Below, in pieces: positions 39,583-48,021 of a DNA stretch of 64,000 nucleotides. The DNA comes from a virus (lineage: Duplodnaviria; Caudoviricetes). Both the position numbers and the translations under genes were made by a program. The notes beneath the pieces were generated by a model. The model saw only the letters and a program-made list of their open reading frames with translations, was not told the origin of the DNA and searched no databases. The stretch's first letter is position 1; every line of letters begins with the position of its first letter. Location: the IMG/VR virus record IMGVR_UViG_3300042975_000096; one strand, given 5' to 3'.

Positions 39583-39595
39583 TACACATGTCTCC

Positions 39596-40480
39596 TTATT
39601 TCATTCGCTTCATTTTTCTTTTTGCTAAACGTTTTACTTCAAATCCTTGATAATCATAATCATATATCTTGTCAAAACTATCTTCTGATTTTAATGCTTT
39701 TGCTACATCTTCTTTTGTACAATTATGACATTCATCAATAAACGCCATTCCATCGGCTATCTGTCCTACACCAAATGGCATATTCGGGTCTGCTCCATCT
39801 ACCTGTTTTAAGTTTCTAGTACGTATATTACTATCTTTATCTGTATTGAAATATTCATTGACTAAATCAGTGTGGCAAGAGCCTTTTCCACTACTTGACC
39901 CAATTAAAATATCTCCATTAATATACACAAATGGGGCTTCTCTGTTTCCTCTATCTATATCAAATCCAGAACTTAATTCAAGAACATCCCCTACTTTATC
40001 ATCATTATCTACTAAATCACCTGCTCCTTCAGGTAATCCTTCTTCTTCATCTTCCCCTTTTGAATTAACCAAATCATCATGAGTAAATTCATTATATGAC
40101 ATTTCTATATCACTATCAAATTGATTCTTTAATGATTCATCATTGCTAATAATATCTTCTATTAACATTTCTATATCGCATTCAATATCTAAATATCCAT
40201 AATATTTTTCGATTCCATCCATAAACATTTCAGTTATTTTCTCACCATTTAATTTAAATGCTTCAAATAACCAATCAGAATAATCAGGAGCACTATCAAT
40301 GTAATCCATATTTTCAAATATTTCATAATCGTAAAGCATGGAACTATTTCCTTCAATTAACTGCTTTACAATATCTTTTAATTCATCTTTAGATAAATAT
40401 TCTGTTAAATCACTATAATCGTCTACTATTGGGTCTACTTCTTCATCTTCTACTTCTTCAGCTATAACCAATCTTTTCAT
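39596..40480 (-). CDS. Paralogue family protein (one domain copy), MKRLVIA leader
   Basis: Acidic N-half plus the conserved domain ending YDYDY..VKRLAK. Confidence 0.78.
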   Translation of the reverse strand: MKRLVIAEEVEDEEVDPIVDDYSDLTEYLSKDELKDIVKQLIEGNSSMLYDYEIFENMDYIDSAPDYSDWLFEAFKLNGEKITEMFMDGIEKYYGYLDIECDIEMLIEDIISNDESLKNQFDSDIEMSYNEFTHDDLVNSKGEDEEEGLPEGAGDLVDNDDKVGDVLELSSGFDIDRGNREAPFVYINGDILIGSSSGKGSCHTDLVNEYFNTDKDSNIRTRNLKQVDGADPNMPFGVGQIADGMAFIDECHNCTKEDVAKALKSEDSFDKIYDYDYQGFEVKRLAKRKMKRMK

Positions 40481-40499
40481 TTTTCCATCCCCAAATTCT

Positions 40500-41450
40500 T
40501 TAATTCTTAATCAATAATTTCATTAATCCATTGTCACGTACAACCTGTCCACTTTTCCATACATAATCCATAAAACATATCGGTGACATATTATAGATTG
40601 CAGGAGGTGAATATGTTAATACTGAATATTTTGCTTCGGTTTCGTTCGCATTATTTGATTCTATAAATTTCATAATATAATCTTCTAACATTTCTTCTTT
40701 TGTATCGTATTCATGAATTCCACGATTTGATTCCCACGATGATTCTATTACATAAACTTTATTATTTGTCTCGTAGCTTAACCATGTATGCGTTGGTTCT
40801 TCAGGTAATCCTGCCATTTCAATGTAATACAATTGACAGAAAATATTTTTGAAATATTCTTTGAAATATTCATATTCATAATTTGCATAATCCCAACATA
40901 CACCTATATGATATTTGCTAAAATCTATAGGTGATATTGTATGATAGTTGCTGAAATCATCTGTATATTTCTTTCCATTCCAAATAAATCCATATTCTTG
41001 ATTCTTATTTAAATATTTCAATAATTCATTCGGCGTATTCGCTACTTTTGGTAACGAAATTCTTGTCATTACATAAAATTTATCACCATGTTCAGGATTG
41101 TTATTTATATACGTTATTACAAAACCATGCTTTTTATATAATGACAACGCCTTGCTATTCGTTTGTAAAACATTTAATACTAATTTATGACTTCCATATT
41201 TATTAATCACAAATTCTAATAATTGTGTGCCAATCCCTTTATTCCTGAATTCATCCTTAATAAAAAATTTTGATAGTCCATAAAAATCTTCATCTTTACT
41301 ATGCGTTACTTTTATTCTACCAACTAATTCATCGTTAACAAAATACCCATATGGATAATTACCACTTTGATTATCATACATATTTGGATATTCTTCTCGA
41401 CTTAATAAACGTATATTGCTTTTTCCTCTTTTTATAAGACGTTTCTTCAT
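40500..41450 (-). CDS. GNAT acetyltransferase fused to transglutaminase-like Cys protease domain
   Basis: FRNKGIGTQLL and N..ALSLYKKHGF (GNAT); GVCWDY..THTWL..IESSW (Cys-His-Glu). Confidence 0.72.
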   Translation of the reverse strand: MKKRLIKRGKSNIRLLSREEYPNMYDNQSGNYPYGYFVNDELVGRIKVTHSKDEDFYGLSKFFIKDEFRNKGIGTQLLEFVINKYGSHKLVLNVLQTNSKALSLYKKHGFVITYINNNPEHGDKFYVMTRISLPKVANTPNELLKYLNKNQEYGFIWNGKKYTDDFSNYHTISPIDFSKYHIGVCWDYANYEYEYFKEYFKNIFCQLYYIEMAGLPEEPTHTWLSYETNNKVYVIESSWESNRGIHEYDTKEEMLEDYIMKFIESNNANETEAKYSVLTYSPPAIYNMSPICFMDYVWKSGQVVRDNGLMKLLIKN

Positions 41451-41476
41451 TTCTTATATCCTTTTCAATAAACGAT

Positions 41477-42505
41477 TTATTCTAAATTTTTATTCCCAAA
41501 TGTTACATCATAACTGATATTTCCTTTATCAATCAGCTTTTTCGTTTCATTATCATATAACAATAGACTCATCGTATGATTTCCTGTATTATGGAACTTT
41601 AATGAAAATACTTCACTATATCCACTTTTCGTTAACTCTAAATTCTCTATCATAAATTCATTTTCTCTATATTGCGGTACGTAATTCGCGCCATATATCG
41701 TTGTGTCATTACAACGTAAAAATAATGTGCATTTCGCATTGTCATTTAAACTATCATATGATTTTATCTTTATCGCTACTTGTACAAAATCTTCTTCGCT
41801 TTCATTAACAATGTTTATCGTTTCATTGTTATATATGAATTTGTAATCTTTATGCGTATCTGTATCATCTTTCTTTGGATTGTCATCATAACCTACTCGC
41901 GTTATGTACGGTTCTCCACTATCTTTGAATCTTACTATATATTCTAATCCACTATCAGATAAAACATGATACTCTTTTTTCGGCTCTAATGCTAATTTAA
42001 TTTTATCTAATGCTAAATTTACTTCTTCATATTTATCATAAAATTCTTTTAACTGCTTTCTATCCGCTTCACTGAATCCTTGTTCCTCTAATGAACATTT
42101 ACAAGTGCACGTCGTATCATTATCGCCACTATATGTATAAATTTGTCTTAAATCATATATCATATCATTTGTTATCATCGCACTAGTAGCACTTACTTCT
42201 ATAATGCATAAATGAAAACAATTGTTCGGCAACGTCGGTATCATTTTTTGTTCCGTACTTTGCACCCCATAAGTATAAACTAATTCTCCTTTTTCATTGA
42301 TGGATAAAACAACTAGCCAACTACCAATTCTAGGTGCTGTTATTACTTCACTGTCTTGCTCACTAAAATTTATAATTTGATTTTTATAGATGATTGTTCC
42401 TTGATTAATATGTACCGTCATATCAGGACAATCTAATTGTTCTACTTTAAACATGTCTATTATTTTTGAAGCTTTAAAATATTTGTCTGAATTTAATATG
42501 CTCAT
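41477..42505 (-). CDS. Virion-type protein, paralogue of the 19951..22365 N-domain
   Basis: PDMTVHINQG..ITAP..ITNDMIYDLR vs PNMTVSVNEG..IQAP..ITSDMVFDVR. Confidence 0.65.
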   Translation of the reverse strand: MSILNSDKYFKASKIIDMFKVEQLDCPDMTVHINQGTIIYKNQIINFSEQDSEVITAPRIGSWLVVLSINEKGELVYTYGVQSTEQKMIPTLPNNCFHLCIIEVSATSAMITNDMIYDLRQIYTYSGDNDTTCTCKCSLEEQGFSEADRKQLKEFYDKYEEVNLALDKIKLALEPKKEYHVLSDSGLEYIVRFKDSGEPYITRVGYDDNPKKDDTDTHKDYKFIYNNETINIVNESEEDFVQVAIKIKSYDSLNDNAKCTLFLRCNDTTIYGANYVPQYRENEFMIENLELTKSGYSEVFSLKFHNTGNHTMSLLLYDNETKKLIDKGNISYDVTFGNKNLE

Positions 42506-42509
42506 TATT

Positions 42510-43196
42510 TCACTTCCTCATATCTACGCAATAACTACCAATTATTTTCCCTAGACTGCTAATTACTTTGTTCTTTTTTAAAATCGTCTTTAATCGGCTG
42601 AATACACTCTTTTTTCTTAAATCAATTATATTCTTCTTCATACGTAAATCAATAATTGCTTTTTTCTCTGTCCTTAAATCTGCTACTACTAAATTATGCC
42701 TTAAATCAATAACGTTTTTTTCTTCTTTTCTTAAGTCCGCAATTTTACATTCAATTACTTCACTTCTTAAATCCGCTACTACTAAATCTTTTCTTAAATC
42801 AATAACATGTGCTACAATTTCATTCGCATTAACTTCTTTTTCTTTGAATCCTTGCTCAATTTTATTGATTCTATTTATAATCCTAGTCGCATTATAATTT
42901 ACACAATGATATGCATCGGATGCTCTAGTCCCTTTATATTTGCTCAGTCTACCAAAATATTTGTCCTTACATCCTTCTCCACGCAAATACATCTTTCCAT
43001 TCATACAATCAATTACTATGCTATCATATTTATCTTCATATTTGCTTGATAAACACACTTTAACATAACTGTTATTTCTTTTGCTCTTTAATTCATGACT
43101 CTTAAATTCTTTGTCTAAATAATCTACCAATGCTAATACAAAGTTGTTTTGCTTCGTATCTGTTGGTAATACCGTTAATCTAGCTAAACGTTTCAT
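42510..43196 (-). CDS. Basic protein with MKRLA leader and eight DLR-type repeats
   Basis: VIDLRK, VADLRS, IADLRK, VIDLRH, VADLRT, IIDLRM, IIDLRK, CVDMRK. Confidence 0.7.
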   Translation of the reverse strand: MKRLARLTVLPTDTKQNNFVLALVDYLDKEFKSHELKSKRNNSYVKVCLSSKYEDKYDSIVIDCMNGKMYLRGEGCKDKYFGRLSKYKGTRASDAYHCVNYNATRIINRINKIEQGFKEKEVNANEIVAHVIDLRKDLVVADLRSEVIECKIADLRKEEKNVIDLRHNLVVADLRTEKKAIIDLRMKKNIIDLRKKSVFSRLKTILKKNKVISSLGKIIGSYCVDMRK

Positions 43197-43369
43197 TATA
43201 CATCTTCCCTTTTATTTTTTTCGTTTCTATATATTTTAAATCGATTTCGATTTTTTCATCTAATAATAATATAAAATATGCTTACAAAAAAATAAGAACT
43301 ATATCTCTTTTCTTTCCTTATAAAAATACTGTTACATAAATGATATTTCCCTATAAAAAGTCCTTTTAT

Positions 43370-43458
43370 TATTTTACACATTTTTATAGTATAATTACGT
43401 GCCATTTTACACACTTTTATATATAATTACGTGATAATTTACACATTTTCTATATATA
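43370..43458 (+). repeat. Three ~32-bp direct repeats TTTACACA..TATA(ATTACGTG)
   Basis: Read directly; intergenic. Confidence 0.7.
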
Positions 43459-43488
43459 AAAAACGCCTACTAATAAAAAGTAGGCGTT
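43458..43488 (-). terminator. Intrinsic terminator
   Basis: AACGCCTACT/AGTAGGCGTT with T-run on minus strand. Confidence 0.7.
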
Positions 43489-43499
43489 AATATCTTCAT

Positions 43500-43973
43500 C
43501 TATATTCCAAATCGTTTTTCCCATGTGATTCGTAATGCGTTTATATACTCTTTTATGAATTCTGCATTTATAATCTTTAATTCGTTTATGTATTTTTCTA
43601 CTACTATTTTTTCTTTACACGTTAGATTTGGTTCTTCTATTTTTACGTTGTTAATATGTGGTCTTATATATGCTGAAAGTATATGATAGCTTTTTGTATC
43701 TGAAGTGCACAATCCTATATCATAACTGATATACTCTGAACGTTTGTTTTTATTGTTTTCTTTGAAAAAAATTGATGCATAAAGAAAATCATCTTTATAA
43801 GATTCTATTTTTCCACATAAACTAAAGTCATTCCCTCTTATTGTATTCTCCATTATAATAAATCTCATTAATTTTGTTTCTTTATGTTCCGTCAACAAAC
43901 GTTCTACTATTATTTGTTTGCTGTTTAATGTGATTCCTAATATTTGTAGTTTTCCTTCCATTATTATCATCAT
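43500..43973 (-). CDS. Hypothetical protein
   Basis: 157 aa ORF, AAGGA SD. Confidence 0.65.
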   Translation of the reverse strand: MMIIMEGKLQILGITLNSKQIIVERLLTEHKETKLMRFIIMENTIRGNDFSLCGKIESYKDDFLYASIFFKENNKNKRSEYISYDIGLCTSDTKSYHILSAYIRPHINNVKIEEPNLTCKEKIVVEKYINELKIINAEFIKEYINALRITWEKRFGI

Positions 43974-44056
43974 TTATTTCCTTTTTTTATCTTGATTTAT
44001 ATATTATATGACTGAACTAAAAAATGGTTAATAGATGGATTTTCGCATGATATTAT

Positions 44057-44325
44057 AAAAAGTGGAAGCCTATATGGAATTATATAAGAGAAAAAGTGGA
44101 ATACTTATATGGTTATATTAAAAAAGTGGAAGCTAATCGTAATATATTAAACTATATGGATGGATTTTGTTTTTAAAAAGCATATAGACTATATAAGGTT
44201 ATATAGTCTATATTAGTAAAAGTTGAAACACATATACTCTATAATAGAAAAAGTGGAATATATAAGTTTATATGCTTATAAAAAAGTGGACGGTAATTGT
44301 AATATATTAAAAAAGTGGACGGTAA
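44057..44325 (+). repeat. Iteron-like array: six AAAAAGTGGA plus one variant around a perfect 15-bp inverted repeat
   Basis: Copies at 44057, 44091, 44121, (44218), 44248, 44281, 44310; palindrome 44182-44213. Confidence 0.8.
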
Positions 44326-44331
44326 AATGCG

Positions 44332-44613
44332 TTATGGTTTCATTCCCATACCCTGAAGTATATTTGAAAGCTCACATACTGCTAGATGACTTTGAAAACG
44401 CATCTCACAAAGAACACCGCAGTCTGTATCTTGATATTCTTTACGAATCTTTTTACAAAAATCGTTATCACCATTAGGCTTTATTTCATCGTCAAAAATA
44501 ATGCCACGAACCTCACGAAAACGAACTAACATTTCGATTAGCTCTTTCAACCTTTCATCTTCTTCATCAATCACATCTACATTTTTTGACTTTTTTTGTT
44601 TGTGTTTTCTCAT
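44332..44613 (-). CDS. Hypothetical protein
   Basis: Start MRKHKQ after AGGAGGA SD. Confidence 0.55.
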   Translation of the reverse strand: MRKHKQKKSKNVDVIDEEDERLKELIEMLVRFREVRGIIFDDEIKPNGDNDFCKKIRKEYQDTDCGVLCEMRFQSHLAVCELSNILQGMGMKP

Positions 44614-44614
44614 T

Positions 44615-45489
44615 TTATTTATCCTCCTGTTTTGATAAAGCAATTTTTGACACAACTTTTTTAATAATGCCAATATATGCCATCTTAAGTTTGGTGTCGG
44701 ATTCAATAGCATCCATTTTATTCAATTTATTAATAGACGTTTTAGAATAACCCATTGAAGCACAACGCTTTTTCAAATTCGTAAGCCGTGCATTTAATCG
44801 CACATTAGTTACAATTTCAAGTTCATGATATGTTTTTGCGCGTAAATCCTGATAAGAAATCCCATTGATTTTAACGCAACGATTAATCAATGTATTAATT
44901 TCTTGTCTCCAATTTTTATCACCAAGAACTAATACGTCTGATACTGCATTGAATTTCTTTTCAATGTTATCGTTTTTCTGTAGCAATTCTTCGTTATCCC
45001 TCTGTAACTTCGCCACGCTCATTTGGAGAGCTTTTTGACCATGTTCCATACTGACCATTGCCTGCGATATTTTAAGGCACAGTTCGACCGGTGAGAGAGC
45101 CACACTGTATTGTCCTGTTTTACGAATCTGTGGCAAAACAATACTAGTTACCCAATGTTTGAAATCTTTGGCATTAGGAAGCTTACTTCCAAAAATCAAA
45201 CTATACATACCAGACTCGTTGATGAATACTGGATATTGCTTGCGACCGAGGGTGTCAATGACAAAAAACTGCAGACATATCAATGGTTTGCGATGGGTGA
45301 CTGTTTTGTTCACCCCATCATTTTATCATCGTCATCAACATGCATTCTAATAGCTTTCTGTGGATTTTCGTATCCCAATGCAGTAGCTACATCTTTTCCG
45401 ACGAACCATGGATTTCCTTCATCATCAATAATGACACGGACATTACCAAAAACCTCATTTGTAAAAACCTTAATCATTTCATTATCCAC
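44615..45489 (-). CDS. BRO-N domain (antirepressor-like) protein, broken by apparent homopolymer indel(s) near 45265-45316
   Basis: FGNVRV..PWFVGKDVATALGY..KAIRMHVD in one frame; GRKQ..INESGMYSLIFGSKLPNAKDFKHWVT in the next. Confidence 0.85.
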
Positions 45490-45538
45490 ATTAAAACCTC
45501 TTCCTATTAATAATAGTGAATTTTTATTTATAGTTTAC

Positions 45539-45567
45539 ATTATATCATCATGGAAAATATTTGTCAA
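45539..45567 (-). promoter_or_regulatory. Consensus sigma70 promoter for BRO gene
   Basis: TTGACA-17nt-TATAAT with TG extension. Confidence 0.8.
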
Positions 45568-45584
45568 TAAGTTTATAACAAATA

Positions 45585-45625
45585 AAAAATGAAACCTGTT
45601 TTTAATTAAAAAACAGTTTCATTTT
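45585..45625. terminator. Intrinsic terminator
   Basis: AAAATGAAAC(C)TGTTTTT/AAAAACAGTTTCATTTT. Confidence 0.65.
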
Positions 45626-45627
45626 AT

Positions 45628-45762
45628 CAGTTTTTCTGTTGTCCCTCAACTTTGCCATTCTATATACATGGCTTCAAATTTAGCGTTTTTCTGTTGCGCT
45701 CCAACTACATTGCCCCATATGTGCAATTTCAATTTGAGATTTTATGTGGTGCTGATACACCA
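45628..45762 (-). ncRNA. Candidate structured RNA of ~2.5 repeats of 55 nt
   Basis: Repeated two-hairpin units with different but still pairing stems and a conserved CAACAGAAAAAC. Confidence 0.45.
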
Positions 45763-45769
45763 TATTATT

Positions 45770-46352
45770 TTAATTACTCTTAATAATTTTTAATATATGG
45801 TCAACGCAATCATGAATAGATTCATTATATATACGATTATCTTCTATTCCTAATTTTGCGAAGCTTTCTGGTGAAAAAGTCTTTACTATCTGTGACAAAT
45901 CGTCTACACATTTCCACAAAATCACGATTACCTGATTCTTCTCGTGCAAATGCTCTTAACAATCTTGATTCTTCATTTACACATATATGTAATACCATAA
46001 CTTTTTTTGGATATTCTTCCATCAACTTCTTTGCTCCATCCAAAGTATTAATCATGATATATACATTATCAGATTTTATATCGATTTGATTATCAATACA
46101 TGTATAATAAATCCATTTTCCATGAACTGTATTATAAGTTCTGCTTTCGATTACTTTACCTGCATTTTTTAATTGATTAAATCTTTTTTTTGTTGTAAAG
46201 TAATATTCTTTTCCGTTTTTTTCTCCAATACGCATTGGTCTGGTAGTATAAGTGGTTACAGGTACAAGCTTATTAGTACCTCCAATTAATGATTTGAATA
46301 TTGTATCTTTACCTGCACAAGATTCTCCCACTAAACATATGATTTTCGCCAT
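45770..46352 (-). CDS. gmk: Guanylate kinase-like protein (C-terminus shifted by an apparent extra T near 45876)
   Basis: GESCAGKDT, TTYTTRPMRIGEKNGKEYYF; removing one T gives DFSPESFAKLGI..KSN*; track ORF 45837..46352. Confidence 0.8.
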
Positions 46353-46747
46353 TAATTAATTTCCTCCATTTTAATAATATTAATTCCCAATTCGCTAAAA
46401 TAATTTCCCAAAATATATCTATGGCAATGATTATCATGGCAATAACAAATCAATGCAATAGATGATTCTTCTAATTTATTATAAATAAAATCTAAAGCTC
46501 TTTTGTTATTTATCATTTCTTGTCTATATCTCCAGACATAATCTTTCCACGTAATATTTTTTTTAATTTTCATATCAACGAATAGTTTTTGTGATGGTGA
46601 TAATATTGACATGTGATGCATATCATATTTTTTCATATTTTTAATTGGTACTCGCGCAATAAAAACCTTTACTATTGACTTATCTAATCTTTTAATATCA
46701 GATAACGAGCATAAATACAAATCATGTTTCAAAAATAATTCACCCAC
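46352..46747 (-). CDS. DUF488-family protein
   Basis: LSPSQKL..W..Y..Y..EM; ALICYC....CHRYIL. Confidence 0.65.
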   Translation of the reverse strand: MGELFLKHDLYLCSLSDIKRLDKSIVKVFIARVPIKNMKKYDMHHMSILSPSQKLFVDMKIKKNITWKDYVWRYRQEMINNKRALDFIYNKLEESSIALICYCHDNHCHRYILGNYFSELGINIIKMEEIN

Positions 46748-46752
46748 TTTTT

Positions 46753-46780
46753 AAAAAAGGCTTGTATTAATACAAGCCTT
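46753..46780 (-). terminator. Intrinsic terminator
   Basis: AAGGCTTGTATTAATACAAGCCTT with T-run on minus strand. Confidence 0.65.
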
Positions 46781-46786
46781 GAAAAA

Positions 46787-47323
46787 CTAATCGTCATCAT
46801 CTTCATCTATTGATTCTTTGTCTTTTTCTTCGTAATATTTAAATCCAGGAACTAATTCCGCACAACGCATAAATTTAAATACCAAATCGTTTGTAATTGA
46901 ACGACAAGTATTTCTTAATGTTGTTTCAAATCTTGTTCTCAATTTTTTATTTTTAGTTGGACGTTGTATTACTGTTATTATATTATTTTCATCAACATAT
47001 AATAATCCAAATTCCTTTAAAACTTTATCTTTTGGAATAACATCTGTTGGACACATAATATAAAAATAATTACAATGTGGGAAATATGACTTATCCAATT
47101 TGAATAATTTAGAATCACGTATATAATCTTTATAGGTTGCTTTAACCTCAATGACTCTAACTTCTTTTCGTTTTAAGCTTATTCCACACGCATCTGCAAT
47201 TGACCTTAAATTTCTAAATTTAGTTTCCGTTGAAACTAAATCTGTACAGTTCTTTTTCAAAAAAGCCGCCGCAACTATTTTCAATCTTTTATGTACGTTA
47301 CCTTCTGCCATATTTATCACCAC
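46787..47323 (-). CDS. PD-(D/E)XK nuclease-like (MmcB-like) protein
   Basis: IADACG..VIEVK..DYIRD.K..Y..HCNYFYIMCP..FGLL. Confidence 0.65.
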   Translation of the reverse strand: MVINMAEGNVHKRLKIVAAAFLKKNCTDLVSTETKFRNLRSIADACGISLKRKEVRVIEVKATYKDYIRDSKLFKLDKSYFPHCNYFYIMCPTDVIPKDKVLKEFGLLYVDENNIITVIQRPTKNKKLRTRFETTLRNTCRSITNDLVFKFMRCAELVPGFKYYEEKDKESIDEDDDD

Positions 47324-47329
47324 ACAATC

Positions 47330-47788
47330 TTATTTTAGCATATCTTTAACAATATCAATTTTTTTATTAAGCGTTCTAATATCATCTTTTAAATTATCCA
47401 TTGTTAATTTATATCTATTTCTTTCATTTGTATTGTTTGCATTATCAAACAAATTACCATACAATTTCAAATCAATTTCTTTTAATACAATTTGATTTTG
47501 AAAACGATTTAACGTTTCAACAATAATATCTTTTTTACTTTTCAACGTTTCTCTTTCAACTGATATATTGAAGTCTTTATTATTTATTTTCATTAATACA
47601 TCTATAATATCTGTTTTTAATGCCTTTATTTCTTTAATTAAATCTTCATTATTGATAGATTCTTTTTTTTCTGAATGAAAATCTTGAATCGTTTCCTCAA
47701 CATTCGATTCATCTTCAATAGACAAAACCACATTTTCGTTTTTTGTTTCTTTTTTTACAATATTACTTTCATCTAAAAATTTATTCAT
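47330..47788 (-). CDS. Coiled-coil hypothetical protein
   Basis: 152 aa ORF in operon. Confidence 0.6.
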   Translation of the reverse strand: MNKFLDESNIVKKETKNENVVLSIEDESNVEETIQDFHSEKKESINNEDLIKEIKALKTDIIDVLMKINNKDFNISVERETLKSKKDIIVETLNRFQNQIVLKEIDLKLYGNLFDNANNTNERNRYKLTMDNLKDDIRTLNKKIDIVKDMLK

Positions 47789-48021
47789 TTTTTATCACAA
47801 TCCATATTCAAAAAAATAACATCGTTTTCTATGGTAAATATATATTTGCCAAAACATTCATCGAGCACATTAAAAATGTTTTGTGCACTAGTTGAAACTA
47901 ATGCAACTTTTTTACAATTATCTGCCATTGTTACATCATTTTTTTCACAAGACTTCTTTATTCTTGTTATATCATTGTATTCAAACAAATTAGTTCTAAA
48001 ATATCCCATAAAAACAATCAC
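47785..48021 (-). CDS. Hypothetical protein
   Basis: Overlapping start/stop with both neighbours. Confidence 0.55.
   Translation of the reverse strand: MIVFMGYFRTNLFEYNDITRIKKSCEKNDVTMADNCKKVALVSTSAQNIFNVLDECFGKYIFTIENDVIFLNMDCDKK

Noticed and set aside
38993-39628. 211-aa + strand ORF and similar Ser/Phe/Ile-rich + strand ORFs across the window
   Set aside because: Antisense to well-supported minus-strand genes, with composition typical of shadow frames
44057-44325. CRISPR mini-array
   Set aside because: Repeat is only 10 bp, intervening sequences are AT-rich and resemble each other, and no cas genes are present
44223-44477. 84-aa + strand ORF
   Set aside because: Runs through the repeat array and overlaps the 44332..44613 gene; TTG start without SD
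45680-45763. 27-codon minus-strand ORF (MVYQHH..)
   Set aside because: No SD; the repeat conserves base-pairing and has a 55-nt period that is not a multiple of three
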